Below are positions 28,556 through 38,108 of a DNA stretch of 64,000 nucleotides, in pieces. The notes beneath the pieces are model-generated. The model worked only from the letters and a program-made list of their open reading frames with translations, did not search any database and was not told the DNA's origin. Every line of letters starts with the position of its first letter. Positions within the stretch are counted from its first letter, which is position 1. This DNA comes from a virus (Duplodnaviria; Heunggongvirae; Uroviricota; Caudoviricetes): the IMG/VR virus record IMGVR_UViG_2700989400_000004, positions 1 through 64,000 of that record. One strand, given 5' to 3'. A program made the position numbers and the translations under genes.

Positions 28556-28909
28556 TTAATTCATCACTTGCTCAAACATCGCGGTTAGCGTGAATACGGG
28601 GCCATCCTTCGTCATGTTCCATTTTCGGCAGACAAAAAGCCTTTGCACTCCATCCATCGACGGCGACCAGTAAAACGCCTCGACCGCGCCGCGCGCCCGT
28701 AAAAACGCCTCCGCCTGGATCGCTGGATTGCCAGCGTCACCGCATCCGGCGCTCGACCCCTTAAAAACCACGCTGTAATCGTCGAGCAAGGGATTAATCC
28801 CTTTAACCTGGCGTTGCTCATAGCCATCACCCAGCTTGACGACCGACACGTTCGGCTCCCTGGTTACGCTGTAGCTACGCTGCGGCGTCCAGGTAAACAC
28901 TTCCGGCAT
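28556..28909 (-). CDS. minor tail protein, lambda M-like
   Basis: 117 aa, position after tape measure. Confidence 0.5.
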   Translation of the reverse strand: MPEVFTWTPQRSYSVTREPNVSVVKLGDGYEQRQVKGINPLLDDYSVVFKGSSAGCGDAGNPAIQAEAFLRARGAVEAFYWSPSMDGVQRLFVCRKWNMTKDGPVFTLTAMFEQVMN

Positions 28910-28927
28910 AATTCCCCCTATAAATTA

Positions 28928-28971
28928 CATTTTGTATACATCTTTACGCGCTTCTACGCGAAAAATGAGAA
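28928..28971. promoter_or_regulatory. CATTTTGTA plus CGCGTA-N4-CGCGTA element upstream of M
   Basis: TACGCG direct repeat also present upstream of portal (42121-42140). Confidence 0.4.
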
Positions 28972-29078
28972 CTTCATCACAAGAATTATAACCAGTTTAC
29001 AAAATGGCTTCACACAGGACGCAACAAGATGTATACAGAAAGCAAGAAGAAAAGCAGTACCAACAAAGGAGGCCCAAG

Positions 29079-29246
29079 ATGAAACGCAACGATAAACACT
29101 ACGCGGTCGTAATGCTTAATAACGCATTTGAACAAGTAGAAGTGGCGATCGTTAAAGGCTTTGATGATGCATTCAAAATGGGCCAGTTCTACATGAACGT
29201 GAAGGAAAACGAATACCGGGATTTCTACCTGAAAGCGGTCAACTAA
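29079..29246 (+). CDS. small hypothetical protein (antisense cassette 2)
   Basis: 55 aa with AAGGAGG Shine-Dalgarno. Confidence 0.35.
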   Translation: MKRNDKHYAVVMLNNAFEQVEVAIVKGFDDAFKMGQFYMNVKENEYRDFYLKAVN

Positions 29247-29263
29247 GGATGATGGGGTGAGCT

Positions 29264-29518
29264 ATGAAACTGGTAGCGATTGATAAAAATTTGAAGGTAC
29301 AGAAAAACGCGCAGGACCGGATCATCAAAAAGGGTAAGGCTTTATTAAATGCTTTCCTGAAAAAAGAAGCTCACCCCAAAAAGTTACGCGATGGTTACGG
29401 TTATAAATTTGATATCAACCCCGATTGGCGGTTATTCAGCGATGATTTGAAGGTGTGGTTAATTATCGAGCATCATTATTATAATGTTAAATGTGGGGTT
29501 AAGGGGGCGCATAAATGA
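29264..29518 (+). CDS. hypothetical protein (antisense cassette 2)
   Basis: 84 aa; translationally coupled to following short ORFs. Confidence 0.4.
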   Translation: MKLVAIDKNLKVQKNAQDRIIKKGKALLNAFLKKEAHPKKLRDGYGYKFDINPDWRLFSDDLKVWLIIEHHYYNVKCGVKGAHK

Positions 29519-29752
29519 GATGGCGTGAATTACATAGCTACGGCATCCGGTTTTCCCTGGTTGTCCTGAAAGATTGGTTTAATCGCCAGGTGGCAAACGA
29601 TGCGTTAATCCCGTTTGCTGATAACAAGCCTTATAAGCGCGATGGGGTGAGATATGGAAGATGATAAATTTACATGGCGGGAGATCTGGAATATTTGGCA
29701 GGTAATTTTCGGAAGGGGATATATTGCGCGGAATGGTCGATTGTAGAGGTAA

Positions 29753-29935
29753 ATGATGATTATTCATGAAACGGAAGAATGTCGGCGGATTAATCTTAGT
29801 ATTGAGTATGACGAAAGATTATGGCTTGAAAGCGACTGCGAAATAATCGTAATAGACAAAAAGCAAGCCGCCGAACTGATAAGCGCATTACAGCTTTATG
29901 TAAACAACGAATTTAAAAATGACGAAGTTGAATAA
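29753..29935 (+). CDS. hypothetical protein (antisense cassette 2)
   Basis: 60 aa, followed by hairpin plus T-tract. Confidence 0.35.
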   Translation: MMIIHETEECRRINLSIEYDERLWLESDCEIIVIDKKQAAELISALQLYVNNEFKNDEVE

Positions 29936-29941
29936 AGAAAA

Positions 29942-29976
29942 CCCCCAGCTTTCGCCGGGGGTATTATTTTATTTTT
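29942..29976 (+). terminator. rho-independent terminator
   Basis: CCCCCAGC tttc GCCGGGGG then T-rich run. Confidence 0.5.
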
Positions 29977-32854
29977 TGCGCGGTTGTAACATGCCACCGG
30001 GGCGTGTGCTTTGTTCCCTAACTACCCCCATAGCCACGCGTTTCATTGTGTCTTCAAGTCTGCGGCTATCCTCATCACTAAAACCGTTTGTCGTTTGAAC
30101 GGTAATACTAACAGGCATGTTGATGCTGCCACCACCGCCCAAGTCGCGGTTAGGAGTAATACGCCCACCTTCACCGGGGATTATGTACTGTTTCCCGCCA
30201 GTAGTGGTAAACAGCTCCGGTTTACCGTGCTCACCAACCCTATAAAGATTGCCGCCATTAACCGCACCGCCGTTGTAGCGTCCGCCACCGAAAATGGACG
30301 TCGCCAGCGACATGATTGCAGACAATGCCGCCGCACCAGCCGCCGCCCAGCTACCGCCAGTTGCCGCCGCCGTCGCCGCCGCCGCCGGGGCCGCCGCCGC
30401 TGCAATCTGACCTTGCGCCGCTACCGCGCCCGCCGTGGTGCTGGCTTGCGTTGCCTTGCTCTGACTTTCCATCATGATTTGGTCGGCTATCCAGTTTGCT
30501 GCAATCTGAGATAAGCGGTTGCCTACCGTGCCGAGAATGTTGCTACCCAGGTTAGCAAACATCTCGCTTAGGGATTGTGTGCCGTTGAGCAATCCGGTAA
30601 TGGCGTTACCCATGCCGCTTGTTAAGCCGTTGACGCAATCGCCGATAAGCGCGTTAGTGTCGCTTTGCGCTTGCCATTGCTCCCACTTAAGCGCGGTTAG
30701 CTGTTGTTCATAGGCTAACTCTTCCATTTTCAATTGGGCCTGTGTAGCGCCTAAATCAGTGAGCATTTGCTTTCTGATAGTCCATTCATTTTGCAACTGC
30801 TGAATAGGGTCTACCTGGCCTTTTTTCTTGTCTTCATCAGAAACAAGGCTATCCCATTTGGCTTGTTGTTCTTCCTCGCGTAGCTGTTTCAGCGTGTCAG
30901 ACAACGCCTTGCTTGCGCCCTCCTTCGCGGCTGTATATTCCAGATAAGTGATCTTACCTTGCTTGTACGCTGCATCCAGGGCTTTTTGTTCTTCGCCAAG
31001 TTTACGCATAGCGGCGGCGTCTTTGTTGTACTGGTCGGAAATATTTAAGCCTTCATCGCCTAACTTATCCCAATCGGATTTTTTCGACTTCTTGCCCTTC
31101 CCGTCCTTGCCGCCACTGCCACCGCTGCCGCTTCCCGTTCCGGTTGGTTTCGGCGGAACATATGTACCATTAATACGGGCTTGTGCTTCGTCGGCTTTCT
31201 CGTTGGCTTTTTCAAGGTTTTTATTAGCCGTGTCTAACTTACCTTCTAAGGTCTTCTGAGTATCCCCGGCGACACCTAGCGCCGCTTTTGCAGGTCCGGC
31301 AATTTCTGGATCATCACTCTGCGCTAATTTTTCCAGGATGGCGCGGTTTTTCACCATGCGATCCAGTTCGGCTTTTGCCTTCCGGGCGTTTTCCTCAATG
31401 TCTTTGAGTTGTTTGTTTATCTCAATCAAAGCCGCTTCCAGTTCATTTTTGCTCATATCGTCGAACGACATAGCCAATTCGTCGATTTTGGCTTTTGCGT
31501 TGGCGGCTTTCTCTTCAGTGCTTTCCATGTTAAGGATAAGCGTACCCAGGCAGATCGCAGCGGTCATGATTGCGCCAGCGGGGCCACCAAGTAACCCTAA
31601 CGCGCCATTGAAGATCCGCATCCCGATGCTGGCGGCTTTTGCTGCTGTACCGGACGCAACGATTGCCGCGTTAGCCGTGGTGGCAGCGGTGCGCATAGTC
31701 GTGTAAGCGGCGGCGGTTTGCGCTTGCGCTACACGGAGGCGAGCAAGCGCGGCGGTGTGGGCGTTTGTACCCTGCGCGGCCTGGTAGTGGGCGCGGGCCT
31801 CCCCTTCTGCCTGCAATGCTGCTTTAAGTCCGGCGGCGGCTGTGTGTAGCTGCTGGCGTGCCAGGTTGGCTTCTGCTGCTGCCTGCTGCGCGGCGGCCTG
31901 TGCTGCTTTCTGGTTGGCGGCTGCCAGCCGGATGTTTTCCGCCGTTGCCTGGATGATGCCACCTAACGCCCGTCCACCCATTACAGCACCAAGTGCAATG
32001 GCGGAGGCGGTTACAACGTCCAGGTTTTCAGATAGGGTGATCAGCGTGCTGTTAAACGCGTTAATCCCGCTACGGATCACAGAGTTTTCACCAAAATACT
32101 TAGTCGCGTTGTTGGTGGCAACTGTGAAGGCATCCGACATAGTGATCGCCATATTGTCGAACTCTTTATCTACTTCGGACTTCATCGCCCGGACCGCTGC
32201 GATAATTATATCTTTCGTGATCTTGCCGTCCTTCGCCATTTCACGCAATGCGGTACTGGATACGCCCATTGATTTTGCGATACCTTCCGCCAGGCGTGGC
32301 GCGTTCTCCATTACGCTATTGAATTCATCGCCGCGCAATTCACCAGATCCCAAGGCCTGGGCCAATTGTCTGATCCCGCCTTCCATTTCGCTTGCGGATG
32401 CGCCGGACACCTGAAAGGATTTGTTAATCGTTTCCACGATGCTTGCCAGGTCACGCCCGCTTAGTCCGCTGTCACGCGTTGCGCGTTCCAATTTGGAGTA
32501 AAGCGCGGCGGTCGCATCCAGTGGTGACATTGATTTCTGTGCGGCCTTAAAAACCCGGTTTGTAACTTCTTCCAGTGATTCATTTGACCGGACGGAGTTA
32601 ACCAGCTTGTTGTTTACTTCTTGCCAGGCGTTGGCGTACTCAATGATCTTTCTTGTCACCAATGCCGCACCAACCGCGCGGGCAACCGTGGATAGGCTCG
32701 CCAGGGATTTACTTGCCTTATCAGCGGCGGTGTCTACCCGTTGCAGGTCTTTTTCCATCGCTCCGGTTGCCTTGTCTACTTCTTTCTGTGCAACCAGTAG
32801 CGATCCGGTTTTGGCGTCGATCGTGTATTCAATCGCGCCTACATTTTTAGCCAT
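29969..32854 (-). CDS. tail tape measure protein
   Basis: About 960 aa, coiled-coil rich, Gly/Ala-rich C-terminal region; start MAKNVGAIEY with GGAG Shine-Dalgarno. Confidence 0.85.
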   Translation of the reverse strand: MAKNVGAIEYTIDAKTGSLLVAQKEVDKATGAMEKDLQRVDTAADKASKSLASLSTVARAVGAALVTRKIIEYANAWQEVNNKLVNSVRSNESLEEVTNRVFKAAQKSMSPLDATAALYSKLERATRDSGLSGRDLASIVETINKSFQVSGASASEMEGGIRQLAQALGSGELRGDEFNSVMENAPRLAEGIAKSMGVSSTALREMAKDGKITKDIIIAAVRAMKSEVDKEFDNMAITMSDAFTVATNNATKYFGENSVIRSGINAFNSTLITLSENLDVVTASAIALGAVMGGRALGGIIQATAENIRLAAANQKAAQAAAQQAAAEANLARQQLHTAAAGLKAALQAEGEARAHYQAAQGTNAHTAALARLRVAQAQTAAAYTTMRTAATTANAAIVASGTAAKAASIGMRIFNGALGLLGGPAGAIMTAAICLGTLILNMESTEEKAANAKAKIDELAMSFDDMSKNELEAALIEINKQLKDIEENARKAKAELDRMVKNRAILEKLAQSDDPEIAGPAKAALGVAGDTQKTLEGKLDTANKNLEKANEKADEAQARINGTYVPPKPTGTGSGSGGSGGKDGKGKKSKKSDWDKLGDEGLNISDQYNKDAAAMRKLGEEQKALDAAYKQGKITYLEYTAAKEGASKALSDTLKQLREEEQQAKWDSLVSDEDKKKGQVDPIQQLQNEWTIRKQMLTDLGATQAQLKMEELAYEQQLTALKWEQWQAQSDTNALIGDCVNGLTSGMGNAITGLLNGTQSLSEMFANLGSNILGTVGNRLSQIAANWIADQIMMESQSKATQASTTAGAVAAQGQIAAAAAPAAAATAAATGGSWAAAGAAALSAIMSLATSIFGGGRYNGGAVNGGNLYRVGEHGKPELFTTTGGKQYIIPGEGGRITPNRDLGGGGSINMPVSITVQTTNGFSDEDSRRLEDTMKRVAMGVVREQSTRPGGMLQPRKK

Positions 32855-32869
32855 AGCGTTGATCTCCGT

Positions 32870-32930
32870 TTTTGTGATCTGTGTAACTATTTTATACAAA
32901 ATGGCTTTGCTTTAACGACTCCATTTTGTA
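32870..32930. promoter_or_regulatory. conserved TTTTGTGATCTGTGT element plus 10-bp inverted repeat TACAAAATGG/CCATTTTGTA upstream of tape measure
   Basis: Seen directly. Confidence 0.5.
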
Positions 32931-32984
32931 TAAAGAAGCCATAGGGAATAGGTAGTTAAACAAACAAGTTAAGTGGGGTGGGTT

Positions 32985-33167
32985 ATGAACGTATACGAAG
33001 CCATCAGAAATATTAGAAATATCGAGAAAAATGTAGGTAACGAGGCGGCGCAAGAAGAATGCAAAATGTACATGAAGAAGCTACCACGCCGTGAACAATT
33101 TGTTTTGGGTGGCCCTAGCCTAGCGATGGAATTCGCAAGATTAAGAAAAGAAATGCTCAATAACTAA
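32985..33167 (+). CDS. small hypothetical protein
   Basis: 60 aa with GGGGTGG Shine-Dalgarno. Confidence 0.3.
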   Translation: MNVYEAIRNIRNIEKNVGNEAAQEECKMYMKKLPRREQFVLGGPSLAMEFARLRKEMLNN

Positions 33168-33185
33168 TATTTAACTGGGTGAAAC

Positions 33186-33923
33186 ATGAAAAACGTAATT
33201 AAAGCGGCTCTTATTGGTGTTATGGCTTTCGGTCTTGTAGGTTGCGCACCTTCATATTCAGAGCAAGTAAAAGCAATAGAAAAAGGCGTGCTAATGCTGG
33301 ATAAAACGGGGGTTAACAAGGATGCATGGAAAGTAAAAGCAGATGATTATGTCGCCGATTGCAACAACCTTAAGAGATACAAAGGAAAAACAGGTGAAAC
33401 CGCCGTACTATTATGCGAACTAATCATCAAAGAAGATGAACTAACAGAAAGCGGACTATATACAAGCGCGGCTAACCTCGGCGTCGATATAGCGGGCCTT
33501 TATGATGTACTAAGTAATAAAAATTCAGCCGCTGCATTATCAGCCGAACGTGTAGCAAAACTTGTGATAAGTGCTAATAAGTCAGCATTTCGCAATAGAC
33601 AACAAGTTATAGAAAATGAATGCCGCGGCTTTATGGATAAAAACTTTAAAGGCTGGAGTGAGTTAAACCCTATAGATGACGAAATTTATAATAATTGCCG
33701 GAATGCCGCAATGTTCTCTGATGAAAGCAAAAACAGAATGGGGAGCATAATTTCTACAACGCTCGCATATAGAGTAAGACACCTCGATCAAAAAACAAAA
33801 ACAAATGTATTAACTAACGCATTCATAGCAGTTCAGGCAGGCTGGAGTATAGGGAATGGATATCACGCCGTAAAACCGACTCCGGCAGAACTACAAGCGA
33901 TTGCGCTACGCGATGCAAAGTGA
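33186..33923 (+). CDS. lipoprotein (moron, antisense to tail operon)
   Basis: Signal peptide plus lipobox LVGC; 245 aa; own terminator. Confidence 0.6.
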   Translation: MKNVIKAALIGVMAFGLVGCAPSYSEQVKAIEKGVLMLDKTGVNKDAWKVKADDYVADCNNLKRYKGKTGETAVLLCELIIKEDELTESGLYTSAANLGVDIAGLYDVLSNKNSAAALSAERVAKLVISANKSAFRNRQQVIENECRGFMDKNFKGWSELNPIDDEIYNNCRNAAMFSDESKNRMGSIISTTLAYRVRHLDQKTKTNVLTNAFIAVQAGWSIGNGYHAVKPTPAELQAIALRDAK

Positions 33924-33930
33924 CACAAAC

Positions 33931-33956
33931 GCCCGGTTAATTCCGGGCTTTTTTCT
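33931..33956 (+). terminator. rho-independent terminator
   Basis: GCCCGG ttaatt CCGGGC followed by TTTTTT. Confidence 0.6.
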
Positions 33957-34629
33957 GTTTTAATTTTTTCATTCTTTCCAGTGCCTTTCTTGCGGCCTGC
34001 ATCCCATCGTCATAAGCCTTTTTATCTATGGCGGCATCTGGTCGTCTTTTCTCGTTTTTCGCTTCTGGCGGCGTTTTAGCGCGTACAGCGGCCCTATATC
34101 CGGTCATGGTCATGGCCCATGCTTCTGATTCAGATAATCCCAGGTGAGCAACGGCGGAATAAACGTAATCAAGAACATCGAACGTTGATTTATATTCCCC
34201 TTCCTGCTTATCAGTTTGTTGTTTGCTGCCGGGAATATCACCGATTAAACCGTGGTACATGCAATGCTGCGCCAGCGTGATGACGTCCTGAGTTGGCAGC
34301 AAGCCAGGGCGTAAACGTAATTTACCCGCCGGAGTAAATCTACATTCGCCCACCAGCGGCCCTATTTCGCTTTCTGCGCATGATTTCAGGATGTGTATAG
34401 ACGTTTGCACCAGTTCACCATAACACCGCGCCAAAACCCGTTTACGAAGCTCTGGATCGGTAGGGAAGATCTTCGGATACCTTCCACCATGAACAATGGC
34501 AAAGTAGCGCACCAGTTCGGAATCATCACCGATCCGCGCCATAGCTGCGAAGGATGGATTAAATATATATGCGCGACCATCAACCTTAATTTCAAATTGT
34601 CCAGTTCGAACATGAATCATAATCATCAC
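33937..34629 (-). CDS. putative tail assembly chaperone
   Basis: Position between tail tube and tape measure; 230 aa. Confidence 0.4.
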   Translation of the reverse strand: MMIMIHVRTGQFEIKVDGRAYIFNPSFAAMARIGDDSELVRYFAIVHGGRYPKIFPTDPELRKRVLARCYGELVQTSIHILKSCAESEIGPLVGECRFTPAGKLRLRPGLLPTQDVITLAQHCMYHGLIGDIPGSKQQTDKQEGEYKSTFDVLDYVYSAVAHLGLSESEAWAMTMTGYRAAVRAKTPPEAKNEKRRPDAAIDKKAYDDGMQAARKALERMKKLKQKKARN

Positions 34630-34665
34630 CCTAAAAGAAAGGGGCCGTTTGGCCCCGTTGCGTTG

Positions 34666-35178
34666 TTATTCGACTGGTGTCTCTTGTTCAGTTCCGGCGT
34701 CTTCCTCTGCCGGGAGATCATCGACGGTTACTTGTCCGGCGCTGGAACATTCGATCGACCAGGTGCAAGCGTCATCATGCGGATCGTCTTCCTCAAAGTT
34801 GGTGCAAAGGAATGGACCCTCGGTCACGTCCACCGGGGAAACCATTTTCAACCACACATAAGGCTGTCCACCAGTGGCTTCGCCTGGATTAATGGTATGA
34901 CGTTTCAATGCCTTCTGGTTGTAGATCTCTTCGGTACGGGATACGCCATCACCGGAGAAAGAAACAGATTTGTAAGTTACCAATGATTCCTTAGTGTAAT
35001 CAGCGGATTTGTCAGCGGTGGCATCTGCGACTTCCCATTCGACGGAAAGCGTTTTACCGCGCATCATGCCAAGCTCTAAATAATCTTCATCCGCTGGCTT
35101 CGCGTTAGGGCAAGCAATAGCGAAAAACACCGCGACGTCGCGCCCTGTGAATGCGCCTTTCTGGCAAGTTGTAGACAT
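34666..35178 (-). CDS. putative major tail (tube) protein
   Basis: 170 aa; position in structural operon. Confidence 0.45.
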   Translation of the reverse strand: MSTTCQKGAFTGRDVAVFFAIACPNAKPADEDYLELGMMRGKTLSVEWEVADATADKSADYTKESLVTYKSVSFSGDGVSRTEEIYNQKALKRHTINPGEATGGQPYVWLKMVSPVDVTEGPFLCTNFEEDDPHDDACTWSIECSSAGQVTVDDLPAEEDAGTEQETPVE

Positions 35179-35191
35179 ATTCTTTTACCTC

Positions 35192-35578
35192 TTATCTAGA
35201 TATTATGGTTTGGAAAGCTACTGTGAATATATAGCGCCCTTCCTTCGTCATGATCGCCGGAATAGCACCAGTTGGTTTCATGTGAATAATTTTATCAGTT
35301 TTAAATTCAGTTAACATACTTTGCCGGATAGCATCGGCAAGGTCTTCCACTTCACTGATATTTTCATCATTGCGCGCGGAAATAACCAAGATGCGGAAAT
35401 AATCGCGGGTGATGGCTTCTTCCCCCGCCGCGCCGCCGTTTTGCTGGATAACGATATAACGGGCGTTATTTGTATCCGGGCGCTCATTCCAGAAACGGGC
35501 CTGCAAAATATAACCTTCATCATAGCCGTGGGACTGAATCCAACCCCTTATATTGTCGTAGACTTCGCTGCGTTTCAT
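35192..35578 (-). CDS. putative tail terminator/head-tail joining protein
   Basis: 128 aa; position. Confidence 0.4.
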   Translation of the reverse strand: MKRSEVYDNIRGWIQSHGYDEGYILQARFWNERPDTNNARYIVIQQNGGAAGEEAITRDYFRILVISARNDENISEVEDLADAIRQSMLTEFKTDKIIHMKPTGAIPAIMTKEGRYIFTVAFQTIISR

Positions 35579-36009
35579 ATTTGATAACCTCGCTCAATCT
35601 CTCGCGTAATTTCTCCTAAGTTTTCGTCAATGCCTTTGCGCAAGAATTCCGGCTCCGCGTTTGGATCCCAATATTCACCATTCCCCGTGCCGCCGCCGAA
35701 CTCCACCCCGTCACTAGTGCGCCCGAAGTTTTCGCGCGGCTGGCCTTTTAATTTACCCGGCATATCGTGCACCCATTCCGCATAGCGGGCCGTATATCCT
35801 AAGCGCAATTGCATTCCGGCGGGCGTGTTATCAATTTCCTGATATTGGCTATTGATTAAAAAACTGGTATCCACTGGCGTTAATAATGCCGCATATCCGC
35901 CGCCAATCATGCCTACACGCCATAAAACTTCGGCGGTTTTCTTATCGGCTATCTCTTTTAATTCTTGCTTTATACGCTCGCGTACACGCTTAACACCCTT
36001 AATAGGCAT
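35575..36009 (-). CDS. putative tail completion protein (HK97 gp10-like)
   Basis: 144 aa; position; 4-nt overlaps. Confidence 0.4.
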   Translation of the reverse strand: MPIKGVKRVRERIKQELKEIADKKTAEVLWRVGMIGGGYAALLTPVDTSFLINSQYQEIDNTPAGMQLRLGYTARYAEWVHDMPGKLKGQPRENFGRTSDGVEFGGGTGNGEYWDPNAEPEFLRKGIDENLGEITREIERGYQI

Positions 36010-36020
36010 AGAAAACCCCT

Positions 36021-36407
36021 TTAATATTTACTTTGCACGCTGTTACCTGTAATGATTTTATAATCCGGCGTGTCGTTAAACATGCTCATATCCCATTCAA
36101 CCACGCCTGAGATCTCATTCGCGCCAGCCTCAAGCGGATCAGAAAAAGCCGTGGTGTCACCTGGTGCAATCATCCACCCTTTCCGGGGCCGCTCCACTGG
36201 TTGCAGGTTGTAAAGCAGTTCGGTAAATATGACGTAACTGACATCGGTTTCACTCCCGCGCTCGTCTTCGTCTTTCCCTTCCGTCGCTGTCCAGGCGCAA
36301 TCAATCAGGTAAGGTTGCCCGTATACCTTCGAATTATTCCAATCGTCATAGGTTACGGGGTAAATGGTGGCTAACGCCTTATAACTAAATCGCGCGATCT
36401 TACTCAT
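36021..36407 (-). CDS. putative head closure protein
   Basis: 128 aa; position. Confidence 0.4.
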   Translation of the reverse strand: MSKIARFSYKALATIYPVTYDDWNNSKVYGQPYLIDCAWTATEGKDEDERGSETDVSYVIFTELLYNLQPVERPRKGWMIAPGDTTAFSDPLEAGANEISGVVEWDMSMFNDTPDYKIITGNSVQSKY

Positions 36408-36591
36408 AACCGTAACTCCATTTAATGACCTTCGGATGTGTTTTCGCCACGCGCGGGCAAAGAATTACCCATTGACCAGCATCATTGAGATAGGCGGCAA
36501 CCTGTCGCCCGGTGTCAGTCTTCACCCACACGCGGGTAAATAGCTTCGGTAATACAGGGTCCGGTAACGTTAGGTCGTTCCACATAGTCAC
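36400..36591 (-). CDS. hypothetical small structural-module protein
   Basis: 63 aa, overlaps neighbours. Confidence 0.3.
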   Translation of the reverse strand: MTMWNDLTLPDPVLPKLFTRVWVKTDTGRQVAAYLNDAGQWVILCPRVAKTHPKVIKWSYGYE

Positions 36592-36974
36592 ATCCTCCCG
36601 CTCTTACCAATCCAGATCCCGGCGTGCGCGGTGGCTTCAGGATCTGCCGGAATCAGTTCGGCTGTGCAATGGTACTTGTCAACGGAATAAAGCAACGTCC
36701 GCGCCGCTTTCAGTTTCTTGTTGAAATCGACATAGCGGTAGGACTGGCTTGCACCGTTCGGCCCTGTCTGTGAGGAAATATATTTATTCGCCTGCGTGAG
36801 TCCTAACAGGCCGATCAGATAAAGTTGTATTAGCGTTGCAGTGGAGGCTGGATAGTTGGCATCAAGACATTCATTAACGCTATTTGCCTGCTCCACCAGC
36901 AAAGATAAGATAATGTCCGGCAGGTCAATACCCTAGCTTTCAAGATATCCCCGCGCCTGTTCTGTCGTAACCAT
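36588..36974 (-). pseudogene. head-tail connector gene interrupted by in-frame amber (TAG) at codon 14
   Basis: ATG at 36974 with GGAG Shine-Dalgarno; MVTTEQARGYLES-TAG-GIDLPDIILSLLVEQ...; frame otherwise open to 36588. Confidence 0.45.
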
Positions 36975-36992
36975 TTTGTTTGCTCCACATAC

Positions 36993-37020
36993 AAAAAAAA
37001 TCCCCGGCATCGCGCCGGGG
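36993..37020 (-). terminator. rho-independent terminator after major capsid gene
   Basis: CCCCGGCGCGATGCCGGGG hairpin followed by T8 on minus strand. Confidence 0.6.
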
Positions 37021-37040
37021 AGTTACAGGAAACATTCAGA

Positions 37041-38090
37041 TTAATTGTGACCGTAAACGACACCGGAACGGCCCAGCATGTCGGAAGTGATTTGTAAACC
37101 TTCAGCCGACATAATGCGGAAGTTGTAGTTATCGGTCGGCATAAAGCGCGGCAGCGGTACTACACCAGTAGTCATACCGATCAGCGGGGTGACTACATCC
37201 TTGCGGCGCTGATAACCCAGGATCTCATTACCTTTCAGTGCGAAGGTCTGAGTAATTTCACCGACCGGGGCGAAAGGTTTGATAACATCCAGGACGCTAC
37301 CAACGATTGCACCGTTAACGATGTGCGGACGTGCCAGGTTAGCCATAATTTCAGGCGATACCCACAGACGATCATACTTAGCAACGAAGTTATTACGTGC
37401 CAGTACGCCGAACTCGCCAATGGTGAAGAAGTCGATCAGGTCTTCAAAGCCTGCGGTAGTCAGATCAATAGTCAGAGTAAGCTGTTGGGTGTTTTTGTGG
37501 TTTTTCATGCCCATTGCTTTATGACCATCGACAACGATACGCTCGTTACCGTTCAGGTAGAAGTCAACGCGTGCTTTGTTGAATTTTTTCAGTTTCAGGC
37601 GCTGGCTGTCCAGTGCAAGGTCAATCCCTACGGTATTCAGACCAGCGGCATGACGCCAGTTAACACCGTAACCCGCTGCGAACATCGGGATCGGGTCGCC
37701 ATCGCTGCCGTATTCGGTGTGGTCGAAACCGTGTGGTACTTGACCGTCCATAGACATTACGACTTCATCGTTAATGTCGCCTGCTACGCTGTACATTTTC
37801 AGCGTTTTACCGATAGGTAGCACGGTTTGTACAGCCATCAAGTCATTCACGATTTCAATACCGATCTCTTCGGTATTCAGTTCGATGATCTGGTTATCAA
37901 TTTCTTTCCAGAATTCCTTCTCGAAGCCGCCAACGGCGTTACAAGCCAGCATTTCAGCGGTCATGTTTGCTTTGTTAGCTGCAATCATGGCGTTATGCTG
38001 ATCGTTGAAGATGTTACGTTGCGCCCACAGTTCAGCCCAATGTGCCTGAAGGCGGCTATTAGCGGCTAAATTTTCTTTAGTAAAGTACAT
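37041..38090 (-). CDS. major capsid protein
   Basis: 349 aa; position after decoration/scaffold genes; strong terminator downstream. Confidence 0.7.
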   Translation of the reverse strand: MYFTKENLAANSRLQAHWAELWAQRNIFNDQHNAMIAANKANMTAEMLACNAVGGFEKEFWKEIDNQIIELNTEEIGIEIVNDLMAVQTVLPIGKTLKMYSVAGDINDEVVMSMDGQVPHGFDHTEYGSDGDPIPMFAAGYGVNWRHAAGLNTVGIDLALDSQRLKLKKFNKARVDFYLNGNERIVVDGHKAMGMKNHKNTQQLTLTIDLTTAGFEDLIDFFTIGEFGVLARNNFVAKYDRLWVSPEIMANLARPHIVNGAIVGSVLDVIKPFAPVGEITQTFALKGNEILGYQRRKDVVTPLIGMTTGVVPLPRFMPTDNYNFRIMSAEGLQITSDMLGRSGVVYGHN

Positions 38091-38108
38091 GTTTTTCCCC
38101 TTCTAAAA

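Noticed and set aside
30011-32414. Arg-, Ala- and Pro-rich ORFs overlapping the tape measure gene (30011..30514, 30181..30405, 31729..31962, 31842..32414)
   Set aside because: Alternative frames of the Gly/Ala-rich tape measure coding sequence; poly-Arg and poly-Ala stretches typical of frame artefacts.
36830-37063. 77-aa ORF overlapping the capsid terminator
   Set aside because: Spans a strong hairpin terminator and the connector gene ribosome-binding site; no start signal.
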